This document shows, piece by piece, positions 26,973 through 35,444 of a DNA stretch of 64,000 nt. Made by a program: the position numbers and the translations under genes. Source of the DNA: an uncultured Oscillospiraceae bacterium (GTDB taxonomy: Bacteria > Bacillota > Clostridia > Oscillospirales > Ruminococcaceae); assembly GCA_910589145.1 (NCBI GenBank), contig CAJUSD010000001.1, positions 144,184 through 208,183 of the forward strand, in the 5' to 3' direction. Below the pieces are notes generated by a model that saw only the letters and a list, made by a program, of their open reading frames with translations, was not told the DNA's origin and searched no databases. Numbering within the stretch: the stretch's first letter is position 1; each line of letters starts with the position of its first letter.

Positions 26973-27499
26973 GCTAAACAATTTTTGTTTTTATGTCAAT
27001 CCCCAAAATTAAAATCATACAAAAATCTGGGATTTAGAGATACGCTCCTGCAAAGTCTTGCATATATGATTTTCCAGGCTTTATTTTATCTACAATTTGT
27101 TAGAGAGAGGAATTATCCCGAAGGTAGTTCAGCTGCCAAGCCTCGACCCTAAACTGATCGGCGGACTGCTGCCTCGATTCTTTGGTTGTAAACTCCATCA
27201 AACAAAGGATTGCTTGTTGTCTCTGCCATCTTGCCATCTCCTTATTTTATTCATAATCAATCATATGTAAAAACATCTGAGACTTCAAGGGTAATATCCG
27301 ATGTTGTACTCAATATTGCATTGCTTTCAATGAACTCTGTTTTCTCCTTCCCTGCTGGCTTACATCCGCCAAAAAGAAGAAAAAGGATAAGCGTAATTAA
27401 ATATTTTTTTACGATTGTCCTCTCTTAAACTTTTTATGGTATTATTATATATGAAAAAAACAAAAAGTAAAATAATTTGTGGAAAGAGGATGATTTGAT

Positions 27500-28243
27500 A
27501 TGAAGGAAAACAAATACGACGATCCCCAGTTCTTTGAGCAATACAGCAAAATGTCCCGTTCTGTCCAGGGGCTGGATGGTGCAGGAGAATGGCATGAGTT
27601 AAAAAAGCTCCTCCCCGATTTTTCCGGTAAAAGTGTCCTTGATTTAGGGTGTGGCTTTGGCTGGCACTGCCGTTACGCAGTGGAACAGGGGGCAGCCTAT
27701 GTCACCGGCGTTGACCTGTCCGAAAGGATGCTGAAAAAGGCGGAGGAAATGACCCGCTCTCCCAGTATCCAATATATCCATAGTTCTATAGAAGATTTCC
27801 CCTACCCTGAAAACAGCTTTGATATTGTAATCAGTTCCCTAGCTCTCCACTATGTGGAAAATTATACGGAGGTCTGCCGGAAAATTTTCAACAGTCTGAG
27901 GGAAGGCGGTTGCTTTGTTCTTTCAGTAGAACATCCTATCTTCACTGCCCAGGGAAAGCAGGACTGGCACTACGGCACAGATGGGAATCCACTCCATTGG
28001 CCGGTAGATCATTACTTTACAGAGGGCATCAGGCAAGCTGGCTTTTTGGGAAACGATGTGGTAAAGTATCATCGGACACTGACCACCTATCTGAATACAT
28101 TGACAGAAACCGGCTTTTCCCTGTGCCGTGTCGTAGAACCCCAGCCTGATTCTTCCATGCTGGATATTCCCGGAATGAAGGATGAACTCCGCCGCCCTAT
28201 GATGCTGATTATACAGGCGAGGAAAACTCCCCATCTTTTTTGA
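27500..28243 (+). CDS. Class I SAM-dependent methyltransferase
   Basis: 247 aa. Motif I is VLDLGCGFGW. Also has a post-I acidic residue and a Methyltransf_11-like layout. Confidence 0.85.
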   Translation: MKENKYDDPQFFEQYSKMSRSVQGLDGAGEWHELKKLLPDFSGKSVLDLGCGFGWHCRYAVEQGAAYVTGVDLSERMLKKAEEMTRSPSIQYIHSSIEDFPYPENSFDIVISSLALHYVENYTEVCRKIFNSLREGGCFVLSVEHPIFTAQGKQDWHYGTDGNPLHWPVDHYFTEGIRQAGFLGNDVVKYHRTLTTYLNTLTETGFSLCRVVEPQPDSSMLDIPGMKDELRRPMMLIIQARKTPHLF

Positions 28244-28261
28244 AGGAAAGGAACGTTTTAA

Positions 28262-29410
28262 ATGACAGAGCTTCTATGTAAAGGTACGGAAAAGGACAGA
28301 GAAGAAATCATTGACTTTGCCAATTATGTATTCAGCTTTGACCACAAGCCCCACAATTTTATAGAGATGGTTCCAAGGCTGTATGGGCCGGGAAGCACCA
28401 GTGAAAAGTACCACTATTTGATAAGGGAAAACGGAAGAATAAAAGCCCTTCTGTGTTCTTTTCCTCAAGAGGCCAAAGTGGGAGAAACTATTTTAAAGCT
28501 GGCGTTTATCGGAACCGTCTCAGTACACCCCTATTCAAGAGGAAAAGGATATATGAAAAGCCTCATGAACGCCGCTATTGAGGATATGAAAAGAGATGGA
28601 ATAGACTTTGCCGCCCTTGGCGGGCAGCGGCAGAGGTATCAATATTTTGGATTTGAAGAAGGCGGGACAGAATACCGGTTTACCTTTGAAACAAGGAATC
28701 TGCGCCACGCCTTCCGGGATATTACAGAGCTTATGGATGTTATTCCCTTGGTCGATGCGCAGGAGGATAAATGGGATCGCATCTACGACCTTTTCCAACA
28801 CAAAAATATCCGGGGAATACGCAGCCGGGAAGAGTTCCCCGCTATGCTGCGCACCTGGAACAGTACTCCCTATCTGCTTATGGAGGGCGGAGAAACGAAA
28901 GGATATTTTTCTGCCGAAGGAAAAATCATTCACGAATTGGTTCTGTGCCATGAATCCCTGCTGCTCCCTGCCATTAAGTCTATTATGAGTTCTTTGCATT
29001 TGAACAGAGCCATCATCAAGGCCGCGGATTACGAGGAGGAGCGCCTTGCGCAGCTTTCTGCAGTATGTGAGGATTGCAACATATCCAGCAACGCAAACTA
29101 TCAGATATTCCACTTTGAAAAGGTAATCTATGCTTTTTTAAAAATTAAGAAGGCATATACAGTTTTACAGGATGGAGGAATTGTCCTGCAAATAGGAAAT
29201 GAAAAATTAATGATCTCTGTATGCAGCGGGCAGCTTACCGTTGGCCAAAATGATTCCTCATACCCAATTATTTCTTTGGGGAATCTGGAAGCTGTGGAGT
29301 TTTTGACTGCTCCTTTCAGTCCACGCCGCAGAGAGGAAGCAAAACGTTTTCCCTTTCTTCAAAACTGGTTCCCGATTCCATTGTACACTGCTGCGTTAGA
29401 TGAATGTTAA
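28262..29410 (+). CDS. GNAT N-acetyltransferase with Eis-like three-domain architecture
   Basis: 382 aa. The GNAT core is VSVHPYSRGKGYMKSLMNAAI, followed by a long C-terminal extension typical of Eis/SCP2-type enzymes. Confidence 0.7.
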   Translation: MTELLCKGTEKDREEIIDFANYVFSFDHKPHNFIEMVPRLYGPGSTSEKYHYLIRENGRIKALLCSFPQEAKVGETILKLAFIGTVSVHPYSRGKGYMKSLMNAAIEDMKRDGIDFAALGGQRQRYQYFGFEEGGTEYRFTFETRNLRHAFRDITELMDVIPLVDAQEDKWDRIYDLFQHKNIRGIRSREEFPAMLRTWNSTPYLLMEGGETKGYFSAEGKIIHELVLCHESLLLPAIKSIMSSLHLNRAIIKAADYEEERLAQLSAVCEDCNISSNANYQIFHFEKVIYAFLKIKKAYTVLQDGGIVLQIGNEKLMISVCSGQLTVGQNDSSYPIISLGNLEAVEFLTAPFSPRRREEAKRFPFLQNWFPIPLYTAALDEC

Positions 29411-29446
29411 AAAGTAATTTTTATAGAATAACATTTTGTTGGAAAT

Positions 29447-29492
29447 GTAACCGCCTCAGGTTGTGCTGTTTATACAACCTGAGGCGGTTTAC
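29447..29492. terminator. Bidirectional terminator
   Basis: gtaaaccgcctcaggttgt-gctgtttat-acaacctgaggcggtttac, a perfect 19-bp stem between convergent genes. Confidence 0.7.
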
Positions 29493-29493
29493 A

Positions 29494-29943
29494 TTAATTT
29501 ACTTCTAAACAAAAATCAGGCTTTATCAGATGTAGAGCCATCTGCAAATCGGATGAAAGCTCCAGAAAAATATTTTTCTCTCCAACTCTACTTACAAGAA
29601 ATACAAATTCTGCACCATCCTTTAAAGAAAGTCGAACTTCAAAGTAACATTTATTCCACTTATTATAAAATATTTGGTGTCCTAATAATCCGTTAACCGT
29701 TATGGGCTGAATTCTTGACAACTGTTTTACGTTAAGGGATTCCAGAAAAAGGTGATTTAGTTCTTTCTCTGTTCCAATACAGTTTTCTTCTATATCCCAT
29801 TCCACGAAAAAAGATCTGTCTGATGTCCATGCACTGAATCCATATTGATGGACAAATTCTGGTTCTGTCTCCAAAAAGAAACCATCTGGTATTGCAAAAG
29901 AAACGCCATGTGTATAAAATCTTCCGTTTTGAAAATGTAACAT
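29494..29943 (-). CDS. Hypothetical protein
   Basis: 149-aa ORF with RBS aaggagg upstream. AT-rich. I recognise no motif. Confidence 0.55.
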   Translation of the reverse strand: MLHFQNGRFYTHGVSFAIPDGFFLETEPEFVHQYGFSAWTSDRSFFVEWDIEENCIGTEKELNHLFLESLNVKQLSRIQPITVNGLLGHQIFYNKWNKCYFEVRLSLKDGAEFVFLVSRVGEKNIFLELSSDLQMALHLIKPDFCLEVN

Positions 29944-30089
29944 AAGTTTTTCCTCCTTTATTTTTCTTGGGATAAGAACGTAATTTCTTCACCTCCTGCC
30001 ATAATACGCGATACCATCCCTTTTAGATAATAAAAGTATACTAATCAATACTATTATATCACCTTTTAGGGTATTAGTATAGTAGTAGA

Positions 30090-30407
30090 TTGGATGGTGA
30101 GCAAATGGATACAAAACAACGTATCAGAGAACTAATGAAAAAGCGGGGATGGACGGAATACCGGTTGGCAAAGGAGGCTGGGCTTGCACAGTCCACCATT
30201 TCAAATATGTTCAAACGACACAATGCACCGACTTTACCCACGTTGGAAACAATTTGTAAGGCATTTGATATCACACTTGTACAGTTCTTCTCAGAGGGAG
30301 ATGATCCCGCATTAATGACTAAGGAGCAAAGAGAGTTATTCTCCAAATGGAATACAATGACTAATGAACAGAAGAAAATTTTATTGGCTTTGATGGATGT
30401 AATGTAA
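30090..30407 (+). CDS. XRE-family HTH transcriptional regulator
   Basis: Has WTEYRLAKEAGLAQSTISNMFKRHNAPTLPTLETICKAF. The true start may be ATG 30105, since the ORF-track start is TTG. Confidence 0.8.
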   Translation: MDGEQMDTKQRIRELMKKRGWTEYRLAKEAGLAQSTISNMFKRHNAPTLPTLETICKAFDITLVQFFSEGDDPALMTKEQRELFSKWNTMTNEQKKILLALMDVM

Positions 30408-30450
30408 AAAATAATGATATGGTTCCATCTTTATTGAATCTAAAAAACAG

Positions 30451-31377
30451 ATGGTATATAATAAAGAAAGGCAGCGTGGCGTTGTGGCAGAGAAGGACAT
30501 AGCAGAAAAGGTATTGGAAGCCTATAATGATGTTTTTGCTGATATTGTAAACGGATTACTGTTTCAGGGAAAAGAAATCATTCTTCCAGGTGATCTTGAA
30601 GACCACGGAACCCATTCCCACTATAAATCTGATGGAAATTTGAGGGAACAGGAAAGGGATATATCCAAAAAATGGAAAAAAGGTAAGATAAAGATAGCGT
30701 TGATCGGTTTTGAAAATCAAACAGATATTGACAGCGATATGCCCTTCAGAGTAATAGGATATGACGGCGCAGAATACAGGGCGCAGCTTGACGGAAAGGA
30801 ACGGTACCCAGTCATAACCCTAGTTCTCTACTTTGGCAGTGAACGGCGTTGGAAAAAGCCGAGGAGCTTATTTGAACAGATGGAAGTTCCAGTGGAATTC
30901 AGGCCCTATGTAAACGACTATAAAATAAATGTATTTGAAATTGCATATTTAACGGATGAACAGGTAAAATGCTTTAAAAGTGATTTCCGAATCATAGCAG
31001 ATTATTTTGTACAAAAGCGGAAGAACGGCGAATATGTACCAGAGCCTCAAACATTGAAACATGTTCAAGAGACATTACAAATGTTGAGTATTATGAGTGG
31101 AGATCACAGATTTGAAGAAGTATACAATGAAAGTATGGAAAGGGGTTCTTATAATATGTGTGAGATGTTAGATAGAATGATAAACAAGGGAAAAATGGAG
31201 GGTATTCAGGAAGGTATCCAGGAGGGTATCAAGAAGGGGATGCAAGAAGGTAAAACCCAAATGATTTTAAATATGTATCAACATCATTTTACTTTGGATC
31301 AGATTGCAACAGCATCTGAAAAAACAGTAGACGAAATCAAAGCTATTATTAAAGAACAGACGTTATCTCTTTCATAA
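30451..31377 (+). CDS. Rpn family recombination-promoting nuclease / putative transposase (PD-(D/E)XK, YhgA-like)
   Basis: 308 aa. Has YNDVFADIVNGLLF, IGFENQTDIDSDMPFRVIGYDGAEYR, and a C-terminal GIQEGIQEGIKKGMQEG repeat. Confidence 0.85.
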   Translation: MVYNKERQRGVVAEKDIAEKVLEAYNDVFADIVNGLLFQGKEIILPGDLEDHGTHSHYKSDGNLREQERDISKKWKKGKIKIALIGFENQTDIDSDMPFRVIGYDGAEYRAQLDGKERYPVITLVLYFGSERRWKKPRSLFEQMEVPVEFRPYVNDYKINVFEIAYLTDEQVKCFKSDFRIIADYFVQKRKNGEYVPEPQTLKHVQETLQMLSIMSGDHRFEEVYNESMERGSYNMCEMLDRMINKGKMEGIQEGIQEGIKKGMQEGKTQMILNMYQHHFTLDQIATASEKTVDEIKAIIKEQTLSLS

Positions 31378-31384
31378 ACTAGGT

Positions 31385-31432
31385 AAAAACATTGGATCAG
31401 GAAAATTGATCCAATGTTTTTTCTATTTGAAT
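31385..31432 (+). terminator. Intrinsic terminator after the Rpn gene
   Basis: aaaaacattggatc-aggaaaatt-gatccaatgtttttt. Confidence 0.75.
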
Positions 31433-31646
31433 CGATATTTCATTAAAAAAATTGCTGTTCCCCCATTTCCCACCGCGAGAAACAGAGCAAACCCGCACAA
31501 CCATTCAATATCTTATCCAGTTGGCTTAAAATCCTCTTATTTCATAAATATTGGCTCAAACCGGGAGATGTGCTGCTTGGGAAAATGTGCTATAATATTA
31601 AACGATTACTCATTTTTATTTTTATCTGAAAAGAGGGATGCTGTCT

Positions 31647-32729
31647 ATGGAAAAAATCCGTTTTGGAATCATTGGCGGCGGATGGAGAAGCCGCTTTTAC
31701 ATCACTATCGCCCAACAAATGCCGGAACGTTTCGGAATAACGGGGGTGCTTCTTCGGGATGCTGAAAAAGCCCAGTCTTATACTTCCCAAACTGGGGTGA
31801 AAGCATTTACTAATTTTGACCAGTTCATGGCAGCTTCCCCTGAATATGTTGTCCTCAGTGTTCATCGGAGTGCCGCACCGGAATATCTCCGCCTTTTAAT
31901 GAAAATGGGCGTTCCTGTCTTATGTGAAACTCCCCCAGCCTGGAGTATCCCGGAACTGGAAAGTCTCTGGAATGAATATTCCCGGCATCAGGCAAAAGTT
32001 CAAATTGCAGAACAGTATTTTGCCCGTCCTATGATTGCGGCTAAACTGGAAGCTGTCCGTCTTGGCCTTTTAGGGGAGGTTTCCTATGTTGAACAGTCGC
32101 TCTGCCATGGCTATCACGGGATCAACCTGCTGCGGCAGTTTTTAAGAGTCGGCTTTGAAAACTGTGTAATTCGTGGACAGCGTTTTCTAATTCCAGCCAC
32201 CCAGACCCGTACCCGTGACGGGGAGCTTCACCCTGAGCAGTATATTGTTAAAAGCGTCAACCGTGACTTATGCACGTTTTCCTTTTCCAATGGGAAAACA
32301 GGGGTCTATAACTTTTCCGGCGAACAATACCGTTCTTATATACGGCGCAGCGGGATTCAAATTTTAGGGCACCGCGGTGAAATTAATGACGACAGTATTT
32401 TCTGGCTTTCAGCGGATGGCACCCCGTCTACAGGGGATTTCCGCCGGTATGACCACGGAGTCGGGGACGATCATGACGGGTTCTGTCCCAGAAGCGTCAC
32501 TTTAGGGGAAAGAGAGCTGTACCATAATCCCTTTATTCCAGCCCGTATAGGCGATGAAGAAATTGCAATAGCTGACTGCCTGGTAAAAATGCATGAATAT
32601 GTTCGCGGCACAGCGGAGGCATTTTATCCCCTTCCCCAGGCTCTCCAGGATACCTATTTAGCGTTATGTATGGAAAAAGCTCTGGAATCTGGAGAACCCG
32701 TCCATACTCAGTCTATGATCTGGCATTAA
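31647..32729 (+). CDS. Gfo/Idh/MocA family oxidoreductase
   Basis: The N-terminus is MEKIRFGIIGGGWRS. ATG 31647 is preferred over 31638 on RBS spacing. Confidence 0.8.
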   Translation: MEKIRFGIIGGGWRSRFYITIAQQMPERFGITGVLLRDAEKAQSYTSQTGVKAFTNFDQFMAASPEYVVLSVHRSAAPEYLRLLMKMGVPVLCETPPAWSIPELESLWNEYSRHQAKVQIAEQYFARPMIAAKLEAVRLGLLGEVSYVEQSLCHGYHGINLLRQFLRVGFENCVIRGQRFLIPATQTRTRDGELHPEQYIVKSVNRDLCTFSFSNGKTGVYNFSGEQYRSYIRRSGIQILGHRGEINDDSIFWLSADGTPSTGDFRRYDHGVGDDHDGFCPRSVTLGERELYHNPFIPARIGDEEIAIADCLVKMHEYVRGTAEAFYPLPQALQDTYLALCMEKALESGEPVHTQSMIWH

Positions 32730-32730
32730 A

Positions 32731-32889
32731 AGCCTATCCCAGAATGAAGCGCCTCCAGACTGCGCAGTCAGATTTTTTGCCAAACAAGGCGCTTTTCCGC
32801 AGGCAGGCTGCCGCCCGGCAAGGGAAATTAACGTGGTTGGGCGGAAAATATGCAAGCTGGATTGGGCGCAGTTAATTTTGGGATAGGCT
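32731..32889. repeat. A-family diverged copy (A4, 159 bp)
   Basis: Arms agcctatcccagaat and attttgggataggct match 14/15. The core shares ttttccgcag, ggcaagggaaa and gcggaaaa words with A1/A2. Begins 2 nt after the stop codon. Confidence 0.6.
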
Positions 32890-32928
32890 CTAAGCCAGAC
32901 AAATATTATTATTTTAAATTTACAGGAG

Positions 32929-34239
32929 TTGATGTTAGTTTTGGGCAGTCCCAGTTGGTTACAATTTGTCAGCGTGCTTCTTTTATTAGCAGGGTCGTCT
33001 TTCTGCTCCGCATCGGAAACGGCCTGGTCTACCGTAAGCACTATGCGTTTAAAAAACCTGGTGGAAAACGGCAACGAAAAAGCCAAACGCGCCCTTGCCA
33101 TTGCCGAGGATTACGATGGTTTTCTCACAACCATTCTTGTGGGAAATAATATTGTAAATATTGCCTCTGCATCTTTGGCGACGGTTATCGCTACTGATCT
33201 TTTAGGTGCAGCTTATGGGCCGTTAGTATCTACAATTGTCACTACGATCGTTGTTCTAATTTTTGGCGAGATACTTCCAAAAAGCTATGCAAAATCCAAC
33301 AGCGAAAAACTGACGCTGCAATTCTCTGGGATTATTTCCTTTTTAATGAAGATTTTAAAGCCGGTTGTATGGATATTCCTGCAAATCAAAAAATTGACTG
33401 TCAGCAGTAAAGAACCTGCGGAAGCACAGCCATATGTCACAGAAAGCGAACTGAAGTACATTATAGAAACGATAGAAGGCGAAGGCGTTTTGGAGAAACA
33501 GGAAAGCGATCTGGTACAAAGCGCCCTGGATTTCGATGAAATCACTGCCCAGGAAATCCTGACGCCCCGTGTGGATTTAACAGCCATCAACATATCAGAC
33601 ACGCCGGAAGAAGTCTATGAAACTGTACGCGAAGGTCATTATTCCAGGATACCGGTATATGAAAAGAACATAGATAATATCATAGGGATTCTGTACGTCC
33701 GTGAATACCTGCTGGCACTGTCTGCCGGAGAACAGCCAGAACTCCGTTCCCTTCTCCATGATTGTCCCTTTGTACACAAAACCATGAAAATTTCCTTTCT
33801 GCTCAATGAACTGAAACGTTCTAAAACCCATCTGGCGGTTGTAACGGATGACTATGGGGGAACCATGGGCATTGTCACCATGGAAGACATTCTGGAAGAA
33901 CTGGTAGGCGATATCTGGGATGAAAGCGATGAGGTAGAAATCCCCTTCCTGAAGAAAAGCGAAGATACCTTTGAAGCCTCTGGCGATTTGAACATATACG
34001 ATATGTTTAACTATCTGGATATGAACCCGAAAAATTTTGAATCAGATTATAATACCTTGAGTGGATGGGTTTTGGAAAGCCTGGAGCATTTGCCGGAACC
34101 TGGGGAATCCTTTACCTTTGAAAATCTGACCATTTCCGTTTTAGAGGTGGAAGATCAAAGAATCCAAAGGCTGCTGATTAAACGGAAGCCCCTCCCATCT
34201 CAGACAGATGAGGCATTGGCGGAAGAAAAAATGTCTTAA
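32929..34239 (+). CDS. CNNM/CorC-type hemolysin-family protein (DUF21-CBS pair-CorC_HlyC)
   Basis: 436 aa. Has an N-terminal DUF21 membrane domain, CBS region (ITAQEILTPRVD...IPVYE) and C-terminal CorC domain. Confidence 0.85.
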   Translation: MMLVLGSPSWLQFVSVLLLLAGSSFCSASETAWSTVSTMRLKNLVENGNEKAKRALAIAEDYDGFLTTILVGNNIVNIASASLATVIATDLLGAAYGPLVSTIVTTIVVLIFGEILPKSYAKSNSEKLTLQFSGIISFLMKILKPVVWIFLQIKKLTVSSKEPAEAQPYVTESELKYIIETIEGEGVLEKQESDLVQSALDFDEITAQEILTPRVDLTAINISDTPEEVYETVREGHYSRIPVYEKNIDNIIGILYVREYLLALSAGEQPELRSLLHDCPFVHKTMKISFLLNELKRSKTHLAVVTDDYGGTMGIVTMEDILEELVGDIWDESDEVEIPFLKKSEDTFEASGDLNIYDMFNYLDMNPKNFESDYNTLSGWVLESLEHLPEPGESFTFENLTISVLEVEDQRIQRLLIKRKPLPSQTDEALAEEKMS

Positions 34240-34254
34240 TATTCGCTATCTAGC

Positions 34255-34296
34255 AACCCCCTCCTTGGCTGCCAAAAGACAGCCAAGGAGGGGGTT
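34255..34296. terminator. Bidirectional terminator
   Basis: aaccccctccttggctg-ccaaaaga-cagccaaggagggggtt. Confidence 0.7.
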
Positions 34297-34424
34297 AACT
34301 GCTTTATTTATTTTTTCCAAAAGTGTATGGTGATCTGAAGCGGGACAGACTTTCCAAAAAATGTGAATTGCTTTTACAGTCCTTCCCTGTTGTTGTATTG
34401 CTCCAGTCTCTAATAAATCATCTA

Positions 34425-34943
34425 TTAATCTATTCGATATTGTTTAATCCTTTTTATCCCCATCCTTAACGGCTTAAACAATACTAATGCCAACACCACA
34501 TTCCCGCCACAATGCAGCAGATCGAAAGGAACCCCGCTGACCCAGTAAGCCATTCCTGCTGCCAGTCCCCCGGCGATTCCATAAGGAATGGCGCACAAAG
34601 CTCCAAACATCATCCCGAATATCCCTAAAACAGCCGCCCAGAATAAAACGGAATCCGTTTTCCTAAAAATCCAACAGATCACTGCCAGCAGCGGCCACAC
34701 ATATAAATACATAATCCACCACAGGCCAAACCCATAAATCAATCCTTCCAGCACCACAAATACCATTAACGCGCCAGGAGCTTGTCTAGGAAATTCCAAT
34801 GCATAAAGCGCCACCAACAGGGAAACCATCTCCACATTGGGAAGGGGCGCCAATACCACCTGAACGGTCAGCAGCAGCGCCCCCAGCAGCCCGGAGAGTA
34901 TGATACTTTTCAGTGCCGTCCTTCCATTTATCATTTTCATCAA
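34425..34943 (-). CDS. ECF-type S-component-like small membrane protein
   Basis: 172 aa with about 5-6 TM helices. Overlaps the upstream DUF4430 gene by 4 nt. Confidence 0.5.
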   Translation of the reverse strand: MMKMINGRTALKSIILSGLLGALLLTVQVVLAPLPNVEMVSLLVALYALEFPRQAPGALMVFVVLEGLIYGFGLWWIMYLYVWPLLAVICWIFRKTDSVLFWAAVLGIFGMMFGALCAIPYGIAGGLAAGMAYWVSGVPFDLLHCGGNVVLALVLFKPLRMGIKRIKQYRID

Positions 34944-35338
34944 TAGCCAGCGGTCAAGGTGATTTCAAAGTGATCTCCGTCAGCAATAGGGGTAGTGTCA
35001 ACGCCGGTTTCCAGCATTTGCCCATCTTTGGTAAAGCTCCACCATTCCTGTTTCGAGTCGTCAACAGTCACGCCGTCAACGGTTTTGACAAACAGCCCGT
35101 ATTGGCTTTCCTCACCGGAAACTATTTTTTCCTGTTCTAATGCCCCGCGCAAAAATTCCTCTGCTGTTTGAATGGTATGGCTTTTAGAAGTTCCATCCCC
35201 AAAGATAACTGCAACTTCTATGGTTTTATCTCCTGCTGTCCCCTGGGGACGGTTAAAAAAGTATACTGCTGCAAATATCACAGCCAACACCGCTAAAACT
35301 GCCAGTGCAATCCCGATTTTTTTATTCTGCTTATTCAT
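34940..35338 (-). CDS. DUF4430 domain protein (transcobalamin-beta-like fold), membrane anchored
   Basis: 132 aa. Has an N-terminal TM anchor, then ...FVKTVDGVTVDDSKQEWWSFTKDGQMLETGVDTTPIADGDHFEITL. Confidence 0.65.
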   Translation of the reverse strand: MNKQNKKIGIALAVLAVLAVIFAAVYFFNRPQGTAGDKTIEVAVIFGDGTSKSHTIQTAEEFLRGALEQEKIVSGEESQYGLFVKTVDGVTVDDSKQEWWSFTKDGQMLETGVDTTPIADGDHFEITLTAGY

Positions 35339-35396
35339 ATAAGCGTCAATTCCTTTCCTTATGTATTTTGTTTTGGAACTTGCTTTTGCTTAAAAA

Positions 35397-35425
35397 ATTA
35401 TACCGGAATTGACGGCAAATTGCAA
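35397..35425 (-). promoter_or_regulatory. Sigma-70-type promoter of the DUF4430 / S-component pair
   Basis: On the minus strand: TTGCAA (35425-35420), 17-nt spacer, TATAAT (35402-35397). Confidence 0.55.
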
Positions 35426-35444
35426 TCTTTTTCTGAGAAAGCCG

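Noticed and set aside
27100-27245. A short minus-strand ORF (MARWQRQQAILCLMEFTTKESRQQSADQFRVEAWQLNYLRDNSSL) that could be a transposase OrfA N-terminus.
   Set aside because: It is too short. The RBS-to-ATG spacing favours a different 26-codon frame, and there is no downstream transposase body. I cannot support it as a gene or IS remnant.
27210-27428. A 72-aa plus-strand ORF in the AT-rich islet.
   Set aside because: It has no RBS. It is the mirror of a more protein-like, though decayed, lipoprotein frame on the minus strand.
32730-32928. A possible M-box or other Mg-sensing riboswitch in front of the CNNM/CorC gene, suggested by long-range pairing.
   Set aside because: The pairing arms and core belong to the A-family repeat found at four other unrelated loci. 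I see none of the conserved M-box sequence blocks.
35339-35444. A possible cobalamin riboswitch upstream of the DUF4430 gene.
   Set aside because: The gap is only 106 nt, of which a promoter occupies about 30 nt. There is no B12-box-like GCCACTG element and no multi-stem potential.
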